Below, one piece after another: positions 11,011 through 23,559 of a DNA stretch of 64,000 bases. A model generated the notes under the pieces. The model saw nothing but the letters and a program-made list of their open reading frames with translations, searched no databases and was not told the DNA's origin. The position numbers were made by a program, and so were the translations under genes. The stretch is taken from positions 105,712,001 to 105,776,000 of the forward strand of contig NC_087437.1 in assembly GCF_036321535.1 (NCBI RefSeq), read 5' to 3'. Position 1 is the stretch's first letter. Each line of letters begins with the position of its first letter. The DNA comes from Camelus dromedarius (taxonomy: Eukaryota).

Positions 11011-12904
11011 TGTTACAAGAGTAAGTTCTTCTCTTGTCGAAGAAAGAATTCAGAGAAACAAAGGTCAAGAAAGTAAAGTGAGAAATGTCTCTTTGGTTGT
11101 CTGCCGATTTTTTTTTTGGGGGGGGTGTTTTATATATATATACATAAAGCTGTTTTTATATTTTGGAAATTAATCCATGGTCTCTTCCTTTGTAATGATT
11201 TTCTCCCATTCGGTGGGTTGTCTTTTCATTTTGTATATGCTTTCCTTTGCTGTACAAAAAAGCTTTTAAGTTTAATCAGGTCCCATTTGCTTATTTTTGC
11301 TTTTATTTCCACTATTGCAGAAGTTGGGTCAAAAAAACAGATTTCTGCAATTTATGTCAAAGAGTGTTCTGCTTGTGTTTTCTTCTGGGAGTTTGAATAT
11401 CTGGTCTTATATTTAGGTCTTTAAACCAAATACAGATGGCCAATAGACACATGAAAAGATACTCAACATTGCTAACTATTAGAGAAATGCAAATCAAAAC
11501 TACAATGAGGTATCACCTCACACCAGTCGGAATGATCATCATCAAAAAGTCTACAAATAATAAACACTGGAGAAGGTGTGGAGAAAAAGGAACCCTCCTG
11601 CACTGTTGGTGGGACTGTAAATTGGTGCAGCCTATATGGAGAACAGTATAGAGTTTCTTTTAAAAAAAACTGGAAATAAATTTATCGTATGACTTCTGAA
11701 CATCCATCCAGAGAAATCTAAAACTCAAAAAGATATATGCACCTCAATGTTCATAGCAACACTATTTATAATAGCCAAGACATGAAAGCAGCCTAAATGT
11801 CCATTGACAGATGCATGAATAAAGAAAATGTGATATATGATGTATGTGTGTGTGTGATGATGAAATACTACTCAGCCATAAAAAAGAATGAAATAATATC
11901 ATTTGCAGCAACATGGATGAACCTAGAGTTTATCACAATAAGTGAAGTAAGTCAGACAGAGAAAGACAAATATTATATTATATCTCATATATGTAGAATC
12001 TAAAAAAAAGTGGCACAAATGAAATTATTTACAAGCCAGAAATACACTCATAGACATAGAAAATAAACTATGGTTACCAAAGGGAAAAAGGATAGGGGGA
12101 AAGATAAATTAGGAATTCAGAATTAACATATATACACCACAATATATAAAACAGGTAAACAACAAGGACCTACTGTATAGTACAGGGAACTATATTAAAT
12201 ATCTTATAATAACCTATAATGGAAAAGAATCTGAAAAAGAATGTATGTGTATAATTGAATCACTTTGCTGTATACCAGAACTAACACAATATTATAAATC
12301 AACTATATTTCAATTTAAAAAATAAATTAATTAATTAAAAATTAAAAAGAGAAAGTGAGGATTTATTAAGTGATAGTACACTCTTAAGCAGAGAGTCAAC
12401 AGACTCAGATGAGTAGCTGTGCTGAGTTTCTTTTGCACACTGTTTACATGAGATGTAAAAATGAATGGGCAGAATATTCATTGGGGAAGGAAGGTTTTTA
12501 AGTTGTATTTTCTGATTTTTATCCCAACTCTACCTTCTGGAGAGGAAGAGGGATTTTTGTCCTTATTTAGTCTTGATCAAAAGTGTCATGGCATTGTTTC
12601 ATAATGGGTACTTCTTAACTGCAAGGTTAATTTGCTTGTAATAAAAGCATAATGAGCAAAAGGTTACATTCAAATGAGAGCATAAAATGTTACATTCTGA
12701 TGCCAGAGATACCTGCCTTATCCCACCTTTCTTTGTCTGCCTCCATGACACTTAACAACCCAAAATGTGTTGTTGTTTATCAGTTGGGAATTTCGTGCTT
12801 TTCTTTGCCCAAGGACCCCCATTGTTCACAAGACAAATGGTTTCCTGCCATTTGGCCTTGTCCCTGTTTCTCTGCTCATTTCTAGCTATCTGTCTGCTCT
12901 AACA
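11011..12904 (-). mobile_element. ERV solo LTR (11011-11082 + 12352-12904) split by an L1
   Basis: TGTTAC start, CTAACA end, near-TSD atat/gtat; AATAAA on minus at ~12362; halves join through duplicated aaagtgag. Confidence 0.7.
11083..12351 (+). mobile_element. 5'-inverted L1 (antisense 11083-11424, sense 11425-12351 with A-rich tail)
   Basis: Sense part encodes the ORF2 C-terminus (MRYHLTPV...[20 protein letters not shown]) plus 3'UTR; TSD aaagtgag at 11075-11082 and 12352-12359. Confidence 0.93.
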
Positions 12905-13783
12905 GTATGAGTTCAAATTTGAGCTGCTGGAATTACTCATTCACACACACAAACAAACACAAAAGAAAATAATGAGCATGCTAAAACCAAATACAACTTT
13001 ATATCCTAATGGGCTGAATAAAGCATAAATATGACAAAGTGTGCACAGGAGAATAATTATCAGCCTTCCTTCTCTAACAATATCAGGCTCTGCAAAGTCA
13101 ATTGGAATATAAATGCAAAATATGTTGACAAGAACACATTTAGAGAAAAGCGATAATAGTTACTAAAAGAGACTATTAAATTATATTTTAATAACTTCAT
13201 AATAGCAATGTGTTACTGTGGAAAAGCCGAAGATCTCTAATAAAAATCATACATGTCTGATTTAGCAAAGATAAATATGATTTAAATCAAAACAAATTTT
13301 ATAAGGAGTGCTATAAAGTGAATTTATTCTGCTGAAATCTGTGCTGGAAATAAGGAACCATGTGAACAACTAAGTTCTTTCAAATTATGAAGTATAAGAA
13401 CCATAATAAACAGGAAAATATACTTGCAACATGCATGAGTAGAAGACAAAGGCAGTATTAGTTATGGTACTCTATGTTTTATGTTTCTATATTCATGTTT
13501 GATTTAGGATGTTAATCTAATTTTAAAATATGGTTTAAATTGGAAAGAGAGCATATGTGTCTGCATTTTACTACCTAGGATTTTAATGTTTATGCTATTT
13601 TGTACTGTCTAGCAATATGCTTTATATGTTTGCAGCTAATTCTTGGGGTTGATAACTCTTAATAACTTTAACAAAATTGAAAAATAAGAAAAAATATGTT
13701 CATCACAAGATTACCTTTATGTTTAGTGTATATGAATATATCGTGAGTCTACATTTTGGAACATACTACTCTAGGTAAGTGAC

Positions 13784-14809
13784 TGTAGTAAATTGCAAGA
13801 TGGCCCCAATCTGTCTCTCCCTCCTATTTCCATCCCTGCCATGTACTTCACAGCATCCTGCATGGAATGGTGAGAGGTTTAATTTCCTGACACTGTGCTT
13901 AGCCAAGTGGCTTGCTTTGGCCAATGGAACATTAGTGAAACCAAACAGGACCCTATGGGGCCCTCCTGGGTACAACTCCTTTTTGTCCCCCATTTCTTGT
14001 TTGCAGGAAATAGGCTTTATTCAGCTTCCTAGACTTTCCCTGAGTTCTAATGGGCAGATTCAAACAATTATTAATCAGGGAAGTGAGGGAATGCAGGAAC
14101 AAAAAAGGAGCAGTCAAGAAACAAAAGTACAGTGAGGGGAGAGGGTCCTGGTTCTTCCTCAGGGAACACGTGTAACAATGTATCTTTGAGTTTTCCTGCA
14201 GGAACTAAGGCTCCTACCTGGTAACTGCAGGTGAGTATAAGAGTCCTGGAACATTGCCCTATTTTGTCACCACCAATCAATCAGAAGAAAGTCACACACC
14301 CTGCAGCCATCACCCCACATTTTGCTTATGAAAAACTTTTCTCCAAAAGCCATCAGGGAGATTGGGATTTGGGAGCATGAGCCACCCATTCTTCCTGCTC
14401 AACTCTTCAATACACCTTCTTCTGCTCTAAATTCTGACCCTTCGGTCTGCTTGGACTTACTGTGTGTCAGGCACACAAACTTGTGTGTGTCAGCATCAGT
14501 GTGTGACACAAATGGAAGTGTGAGAGATGCGGGAAGGTCAGGTTTGCATATTTTGCCCTTCTGCTGCTGCCATGAGGGAGACATACTCAGATTTGTTTGT
14601 TGATCCCACAAAGAGGATGAAAGACACATAGATCAGAGTCCAGATGAGGCCAGCCTGTAGCAGCCAGTCGCCCTCCATCCCCTGGATATGAGTGAGGACG
14701 TCAGAGATCAGCCAAACCCCAGACTCAGAATTTAGGGCTATTATAATGAATGAGTGTTTTAAGCGCTGTGTTTTGGAGATAGTTTACACGGTTATAGCCA
14801 AATGGCACA
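13784..14809 (+). mobile_element. MaLR LTR (MLT1F/G/H-like) split by an ERV LTR
   Basis: gatggccccaat...ttgctttggccaatggaacattag | gtgtgacacaaatggaag...gttttaagcgctgtgttttggag. Confidence 0.75.
13936..14495 (+). mobile_element. ERV1-type solo LTR nested in MLT1
   Basis: TG...CA termini, near-TSD ttag/tcag; flanks rejoin into continuous MLT1. Confidence 0.75.
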
Positions 14810-17369
14810 GTGACATGACCTAGCAGACCAAACTGCCATTATGTAGAAATGAAGAGAAAATAGATAGCTGTCTCCAGGAAACACAACCAAAGATGCTCTG
14901 AGAATGTTTTTTGCCTTTCTGCCTGCCACAAGATTGCAGAAAAAAAATGATCATAGTACAAATATTAAGACTAGCTTTGCCCAGTTATTTTAAGTTGCCT
15001 TGCCCATTCATATTAATTTTCTCATGTGAAAGAAAACAAGTGATGGATGGGGCTCTTCCATAGTGAGAGGAGATCCTGTTTAAATTTTTTTAAGTAAATG
15101 TCTGAAACAGTGTGTTTTGAGCCAATATATTTCACGGATATTGATAAAAATGATAGAGGTGGTTTTGAATTTTATGACATCACTGTATTAGAAAATCACA
15201 ACAATGAAAGTTGAGAAGAATCATCTTTTCTCTGTGAGAAGAGTTGTACAACACAAGTATTTAAATTAATAGCATGTGAAACTTTTCTTCTAGGTGGGAA
15301 TTACCTATCTTTGAGTTACTTTTTGATTATTATCTCTTCATAATCAAAAATACTATGTTTGGAGAGCTATCCTCTCAAATACATAATCCAAGTCTCAAAG
15401 AATGGCTGTATTCCTAGCATAGCAGAATCACATTGTTAAAGGGTAATGGGTAAATATAATTCCTTTTAAGTAGCGAAGTGAATTTAGGGGAGTTTATCCA
15501 AATCAACTGAAAACATTAAAAAAAAAAAAACTTGTGTTTTTGTCTTCACATTAACCTCCCTACATATTACTTTAGAAGGGAAAAAAATGAAGCTTTCACT
15601 GCCACATGGAAACACAACTGAAACACAGTTGAGAACGGTGCCCTTGACAAAAGGATTAAATCAGAGGATGAATTCTAGCAGTACTTGTCTCCAAGAATGT
15701 CAGATGCATTTGCCTGTTGTCCATGCCCTCACATTCATGAGAAAATTATTTAAACAATTCATTTCACCAAAAGACCTTCTCCTGATGATATTGTACACTG
15801 TGAATTGAGAAGAAAATTAGCTACATCCACTCCAAATGTTTTCCTTACAAAATTATTTTCCAGGTAAGTGATAAAATGTTCTATCTTCTAAGTATCACAT
15901 GATAGAAAATTCATGTGTGCCCTCTGGCTGCCGATATCAAATATATGTGTAGGCGGATAAAAGAAATATTTTAAAGAAATATGTAGATCACTCATTTGTT
16001 AAGACACAGCTTGGAAATATTTCTGATAATTTATTTTGTGTCGATAACTGACACGGAATAGATATAAGTGTATCTGGTTTAGGAAAAAAAAAAAAAGAAA
16101 ATCTAGGAGAAATGTAGAAGGAAAACCTTGCTCAGGGCACAAATGACAATATCTAGAAGCCTCAAGTGATGAAAAGGAAACTTTAGAGAGAAGTTTGGGC
16201 TTCAGAGACTGCAAACACCACAAGCTATTAAAATTGTCAAGATTGCTTCCCGAAACTGTTTATTCCAGTAGTAGGTGAGCGGAGAAATCTTATGGCCAAA
16301 AGGAAATGGAACAGAATGAGTTTCCAGTGTGTCTTGGGATTCAGGTTTGCTTTGCACCTTTATTTCTCACAGTAGAAGATGAAAATAGAGAAAATACAAG
16401 AGTTTGACTCCAAGATCCAAAAGGCAGGAGGAGTTGGCAAGTTAGAATTGTCAGTCCTGCCAGAAGTTGCTTTTCAAGTTCACTAGAGTTGAATTGGTTG
16501 CTCTGAAGTGTGAAAACTCCTCAACCTCCAAAATTGTGAGATCCTGGAGGAAAAAATTCTAAACAAGGAGATGCTCTGTTTTGCACAGCTGCTTGTAAAG
16601 CAAAAAGTACTACTAATGCACTTCTCCATTATGCTGCTTCTGCACAGAAATACAGATATAAAATGGTATGACTGGTCTAGGCTTCTTTTTAGACTCACTT
16701 TAGTGCATCAGCATTGTTTTATTATTATTATTACTATTTTATTTTATTTTTGGTGATAAGAGGCTACAGAAAGAATCAAATAAATTATTAAGATGCAGCT
16801 AACGTTCTTTTCTTTTAATTTTTTTTTTTAATTTTCTCACTTCTCTTTAACAATACTTCTTCAGGGCATCCTTTCTAGAAACATCTTCTGCCAAGGTCCC
16901 TTGTGTATATAAAGTTGATTTACAGCTTAACTGTCCCCCAAAGTGCCTTTATTTTAAAACACTAACTGGAGAATAGACCAAATGAACCTTCGAATCTAAG
17001 GTTTAGGGTTTTCTCTCAGCATTTCTTAAATTATCTCCTAGGGCATTAGTAGTCCAGAATGCTCCAAATGAGAATGAGTTTCAGGAGTGGCAGCAATGGC
17101 AATGATAGAAATGGAGAGGAGAATTCAAAGTTGAATATTCCATAATGAAAATCATAATCACAAACACCATCACTTAATAAAAGTTCAGATAGTCTTCTCA
17201 TAATTAAATTGAAGGCAACAAGAACTGCCATCCCACCAACCTGTTCCCCAAAACACAGATGGTGGAAAATGCATGAAGTCATTTTTCTCAGGTAAAACTA
17301 ACCATGTTTCACACTGAAAGCAATTTAAAATACTCCAATCAAGACATAGTCTGGTTCTGATTCTCCTGG

Positions 17370-17372
<3 letters not shown>

Positions 17373-17412
<40 letters not shown>
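17373..17412 (+). repeat. (TG)20 microsatellite
   Basis: Directly visible. Confidence 0.97.
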
Positions 17413-17413
<1 letters not shown>

Positions 17414-18676
17414 AACAGAGAGCTAACATATTCTTTTGAAAATCATGTCATTTTTTCTGCACATGGTCATCCTTCAAGCCTCAGTATTAGATGTTTTGTT
17501 CTTTACGTCTCTCCTTTCCTTGATGAGGAGACTATTTCCGCCCTAATGACTGAAATTTACACCTCTGCCCTAGCTTCTTTCTTTGTTCATTTAGATTTGT
17601 TTTAATTCAAAGTTCTATTTTACATTGCTTTCCATTTCACAAAACCACTCTACGTGAATAAAGAATATCATCATTTCTTGCTCTAAACCATGACCTCTCA
17701 CTAGCTTCTCCTGCACTGTAAATAGTAGCACAATTAGCCACTTAGCCAGTTTCCAAAGCATGTAGCAGAAAAGGGGCTAATTCTTCACTTCCAATTTTCC
17801 AGATGCATGATACACCAGATGCGATAGCAGCATCAGTCTCGATTTACATTTTTAGGACGTCACAAAAGTAGTAACCCTTGCTTTCTTACTTTAAAATCTC
17901 CAATGTTCATGCATTGACCACACACCACCACTTTCCCTTTAGAAGGGTCATAGTTGATCAAACTCAAATTAAATATTAACCATGAGCTGCAAGATTCTGT
18001 GACTCACTCCTTCCAGCTTTTATTGTCTGCTATTCTTGATTTTTCTATTTTGCATTTTACTACTAACTTATATTTAATTTTCCCCATTCCTTCAAAATGC
18101 TGTTTAAGCCTCACACACTTTAACAAGTATTCCACAAAAAAATGTTTTTCCTTGATTCTGGTCATTTTAACATCTTATCATCTCACATATGTTTCAAGAG
18201 AGGAAGTTGACTAATTATATGACTTTGTTTTTCTATGTAAGTTATTTAGATGTATTCTTGAAAAATATTATTTCCCCTTGAAGAATATTCTTAAATTTTT
18301 GTAGATTTTTGGTATAGGAATATTATGGTAATATTTTCAAAATAAAGTCTGTTTTTATTTTTGACAGACACAAGAATTTTCCAAATACTTAAGAAAGAAA
18401 GTTTTTCCCTACCTCCCTATTGACTCTTCATATAAAATATGCTTATATTTACTTTAATGGAGAGTTTTCTGCTCAACATTAGAGATGGATGTTTAGCCAT
18501 TGAAAGAATTCATTTAGGTATTCAACAAATATTTATTGTCCGCACACTATAGCCAACTATGACTGTTAATTGCTTTACATGCTGAGAATGAAGCCAGACA
18601 TTTCTCTGCCCTCAAAGAGTTCACTTTATAGTAGTGGAGACAGATTGCAGGTAGTAAAGAATTAAAGTAAATAGTA

Positions 18677-19620
18677 TGTTTTATAAGCTGAAAATTGTCC
18701 CCCCACCAAATTCATATGTTGAAGTCTTAACCCTTAGTACCTCAGAATGTGACTGTATTTTGAGATAAGACTTTTAAAGAGGTGAAAATTTTAAATAAGG
18801 CCATATGGGTGGGTCCTAACTCAATCTGTCTGGTGTCTTTACAAGATGAAGAGATTTGAACACATTGAGAAGCAACAGGGACGTGCACAAACAGAGAACA
18901 GGCTTTCTTCAAGCCAGGGAAACAGGCCTCAGAAGAAACCAACCCCGCTGACACCTTGATTTTGGACTTAAAATCTGAAGAGTGGTGAGAGAACACATTT
19001 CTGTTGGTAGAGCCACCCAGTCAGTGGAATTTTGTTATGGAAGGTGTAGAGATCTACTTGGAACCCTTTGGGAGTAGGAAGATTATTTTAAGCTGAAGAT
19101 TTGATATTCAACAGAAGACAAAAAGGCATCTTCTTGGAGCTTTACTTATCTGATCAAAAGCAACAACTTCTGAGAAATGAGGCTTTCATAAATTCCCTCT
19201 TTGGAAAATCTACTCCCAGGAGAGAGACCAAGAGCAAACGTACCACTAATGTCTCTGGGGAAGCTTCATGGCCACGAACAAGATGGAAAGACCACTCACA
19301 CCTGCATAAGCAAACGTATCACAGATTTTCTTATCTCCCCTTTGTTCTCCTAAAAACCTACGTGTCTTTGTAAAGGAACTGATTTGTTTTTTCCATTGAA
19401 GCCTTCCCTCTCTACCTTTCCCCTACCAAAAAAGGTACAGGGGCCTCTAATTTTAACCATTTAGCAAGTTATGTATGTCTTTTGTTGGCTCCCATATGCA
19501 TACAAACAAACAGTTAAACTGTTGTTTGTCAGTTTAATTCACAGGCCCATAGGGATAGAAACTAAGAGGGTGGAGAAAAAGTTTTTCCTCCTTAACATAG
19601 CCCTAGCAAACTATATAACA
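18677..19620 (+). mobile_element. MaLR LTR, MLT1A/B-like, split near its 3' end
   Basis: aattcatatgttgaagtcttaaccc...gtggaattttgttatgg | tagccctagcaaactatataaca. Confidence 0.85.
19045..19597 (+). mobile_element. ERV1 solo LTR, MER34/MER39-like
   Basis: TG...CA; 3' end 'aagagggtggagaaaaagtttttcctccttaaca' resembles recalled MER34/39 ends. Confidence 0.65.
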
Positions 19621-21644
19621 TCAAATAGCATACTGCAAAGAAAAGGAAACAAGGGGACAGATGTTATCCATGAATTTAAAGGCCATAGGAAATACCTCTG
19701 AAGAAGTGACATGTGAGCTGGGATGAATTAAAAGCTAATTTGAGAGAGCTGACATTTGAGCCACTAACTAAATTAGAAGATGATTTGGGGAAAGATGAAC
19801 TATAAAGTGCAAAGCCCCTAAGGCAGAGCAAGATTGGTGTGCTCTGAGAATGAAAAGGCCAGAGTGAGAGGAGGGAGCTGTGGTTTGAGATGAGGAAGAC
19901 AAGAGATGGGCCACCTGTCACTCGGCTTTGTAGGCTGAGTATGAAGTTGGCATCATCACTCTGAGAAGAGTCACCGTAGGGTATTAAGCAATCCATATAA
20001 GTCATCACTTGCCTTCCTCATCTCAGACCACTAACTAAATTAGTTAAATCTAAGTGAAAGTATTTTAAAAGGCACACAGAGAGAGTTTTGCTCAGCAAAT
20101 ACTTCCCAAGTATAGTTTGGTAATTATTCTGTTCAAAATGGGGTAGCTATCTTTTTTCAAAAATCCCATCTGAATTTTTAATATGACGCACAAAATTTTC
20201 AAGTGAAAATTTCATTAGTGTACTTTATTATATTTTACAGAGAGGAAATTTATTTCTAAACCATCTTTTCAAAACGGGGAGCTATACTATAAAGATACAG
20301 TGTAGAGATACACTATATCTCTCATTTTTATTCCATTTAAGTCAAGTTGGTTTTATATTCCATAGTCATCATAAAGCCCACAACTATGTGGTTAATTGGA
20401 CTATAGCATAAAACAAAATGAATGCTTTTAACTAACAATTTGTGAATTTCTGCCTACATATCTTTTCTTCTTTATATGACAACTTAATATGAAATGCAAA
20501 TTGGTACAAGGATCTATCACAGAGTATTTATACATTTTTAATTGATTATTGTTAGTAAAATATAATAAAGGAAGTGCTTTTGGAAGGAAATGATTTAGAA
20601 GGCATATATTAGACCACTAATATACAGTCCTTAGCATGAGAGTTAAGCATCTGAAAATATTGCATTTTAGATATCTCCAAGGAGGAGTTCAGCTTTGTTT
20701 TTATTACTTGATTATAATCAGGTGTATTAAAGTTATAATCCAGAGTGAATACTAATTACATTTTCCTTTTATTTATTGTGGTAAACAAATTTAAATGTCA
20801 TGCATAATTGTAGGTGGATATTTGTTAAGACCTCTGCAGAAGCATTTAAGCAGTGATGGGCTGTAATTCCTTGGAAAGTAGATACATTTTTTATAGAAAT
20901 TAAGTTGGTATTCAGTATTCGGTGTTATGTGGATGAATTATGTATTAATTCTTATCATAATATGGACATCTCAGAACCCAAAGTAGCTGTGAATATTTAG
21001 AGCAATAGGTTTCCTGGGCTGCTCCACCTAGTAATAGGTAATTAGTTCTAATAACAGACTTAACATTTGCACTCACGTTCATAGTTATTGTGCTTAATTT
21101 TTTTCTCTGACGTAGGTTCTGAAATCAGATTGTAATTTCTCCAATGTAATTGCTTTACAAATGTGCAATTTTAAGAGTGGCCAAAGCTATATGGTACTGA
21201 AATTCTTAGACTTAAACACATTTTTCTCCCCAAACTAGTAAAGTTCTTTGTATAGTGAGAATTGTCTGTTTACTTGGAACATACGGAGGAAAAACAGAAC
21301 AGGGGAAAATTAATGGGAATTTCCTGCTTTGTCAAAGGCACTGTGCCATTTTCTCCAAGTATCTGCAGAATTTCCACAACACTTTCTTGAGCTGGTAAAT
21401 ATTAATATGACAATTCACAATGTCAGTCTTTTAGTACTCAAAGCCATATCTGGTCATGTAAATCACTGTCACAAAGAAGTAAAATTTGTTGACCGAATGT
21501 TGATAGAGTTAAAAAAACACATTTAGCTATTTTCCCACAATGGTAATAGAAAAATAAATAATAAACAAAAAAATGGTAGTTGTAATTTTTAGTTTTCTCA
21601 TAGTTTTGAAATTTTCTCACTTTATTTTCCATCGTTCTGCAAGA

Positions 21645-21775
21645 TGTGCATTACCCTGATTTTCATTTTATAAGTATAAACATTACTATGCAGGTGATTT
21701 TTTTCAAAACCACACATGGAATAACTTGCAGAAGAAAGGCTTAAACCTGGGATTTGGATATCAAAAGCTTACCTT
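21645..21775 (-). mobile_element. MIR fragment
   Basis: Degenerate MIR core (cattttataagtataaac...ccacacatgg...ttaaacctggg). Confidence 0.4.
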
Positions 21776-23320
21776 TTTTATTATAACAGTTTGGGAAAAT
21801 CATAGACCTTTACTGAGACATCTCACAACTTTTGGTGAAGACTTTTGAGCTGAAATTAGAAGGCAAGTCCAAAGACAGTTTCTCCCTGCAAAGGTATCTC
21901 ACATTCATAGCACCTTTATTTCAGCTTCATTCATACCACACCATCTCTGACAGCGTCAGTTTGCTCAAGCCTCCAGAACCAAGCACACAGCACCTGAAAA
22001 TGTTCTTGGGATTCTTTTGTAATATGCCCATTCCATAATCACTATCAACACATTAAGATGTCTCTTGTAATTATCTTCTTTAAATCATAAAGAAGGTGTA
22101 GTATATCTGTATGCAAAAACACTTTATCTGATTTTCCAAATGTATATCTTGAAAACAACAAAACATTACAAAATTGAGTTGATTATTACATTAAAACATT
22201 TCCATCTGCAAAGAACATAGAAACACAAACCATTTACAGAGTCAAATAACAATATTTAGAAACTTCTAATTATTATCTAGAAATCTGTTCAGTTTTGTTC
22301 TTATAAAATAGCAATGCCTTCTTTCTAGAATCAGAAATGAAAATACTTAGGCAAAAAGAATTGGAGAAACTGTAATGAAGCAAAACATAATTCAGAGTAA
22401 CAGCATGATATGAGAATTTTTTGTCAGATAAAGACAAAATCTCTTTGGGAGAGGATATCTAAACTTAGGTGTTCAGCATACTCACAGTAGAGATAAGAGA
22501 AAGGAAAACAGATAAACATGAAGAGCATATTAATAATTAACTATTGGAAAACACTAATTAAATGACTGTGCACTGCTTGATTTCATAAGATACATAAATA
22601 AAATAGATTTGTCGGTGATGACAAAAATGCCTCAAAATTAACTGGGTAAATATTAAGTTCTCCAGTGAAGATATAGAATACATCTTTTAGTATCAAGCCA
22701 AAGAGTCAAATTCCCCTAAAGTTTGGTGTCATTAGAAATTTCATCATATCTGTGTCTCATTCTCATAGATGACAAATTGTGCAAGTCTCTATCAGGTCCA
22801 GGATTTTTCTCTCTTAGTTAATCGGTTGCAGCTTCAGATCAACATAGGAAGCACATTTAGTTGTGAAGCTCAGAAAGATAAAGAATTCTGCTGCTATCCA
22901 TCTCACCTCATAGTCTTCCCACCATTGCTCCTAGAACTGAATGCATGCCTTCATGAATATCAGATGGAGACAAGCATAAATTACAAGAATCATCCATGTA
23001 TTTACAAATTTTTACCATTGCTTTTGTGTACATTTTCTCTCCTGAAACTCGCTTCATTTCCATGATCTACAATGATGAACAAAAACAGCAAAACCCCCTA
23101 CAGGGAGAGAAATTAGACTGTAGCAGGGACTGGAGAGTAAATATTAAATTTAAAAAATCATGCAAAAATGCAAAACTGCAATTCAAGTGTTAGAAGGACA
23201 ATATAAGGTTCTAGGAATGTTCCTAGCAAGGGGATTGGAACTAGTTATTTCATTAAGTGGGAAGTGTTCTGTGATGATTGAATTGAGATTGAAGGATTTT
23301 AAAAAAGGGGGTTAAAGGGC

Positions 23321-23557
23321 ATATTAGTGTCTTAGGGCTACTGTAATAGAGCACCACAAACTAAGTGACTGAAAACAAAGAAGTTTATTCTCTCACAGTT
23401 TTAGAGGCTATAAGTCTAAAATCAGTGTTGGCAGAGCCAAGCTCCCTCTGAAACTTCTAGAGGAGGTTCCTTCCTTGCATCTTCCAGCTCTCAGTGTTCC
23501 TTGGCTTGTGACAGCATAACGTTAATCTCTGCCTTTGTTTCCTATGGCATTCTCCCC
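23321..23557 (-). mobile_element. MLT1 (C-like) LTR, partial
   Basis: tagggctactgtaatagagcaccacaaact...tttattctctcacagttttagaggct. Confidence 0.8.
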
Positions 23558-23559
23558 AC

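Larger units (their letters stand above)
18505..20000 (-). mobile_element. L2 3' end (18505-18676, resuming 19621-20000) interrupted by MLT1
   Basis: attcaacaaatatttattg...ctctgccctcaaagagttcac; resumes with gagctgacatttgagc...gtgcaaagcccctaaggcag. Confidence 0.7.
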
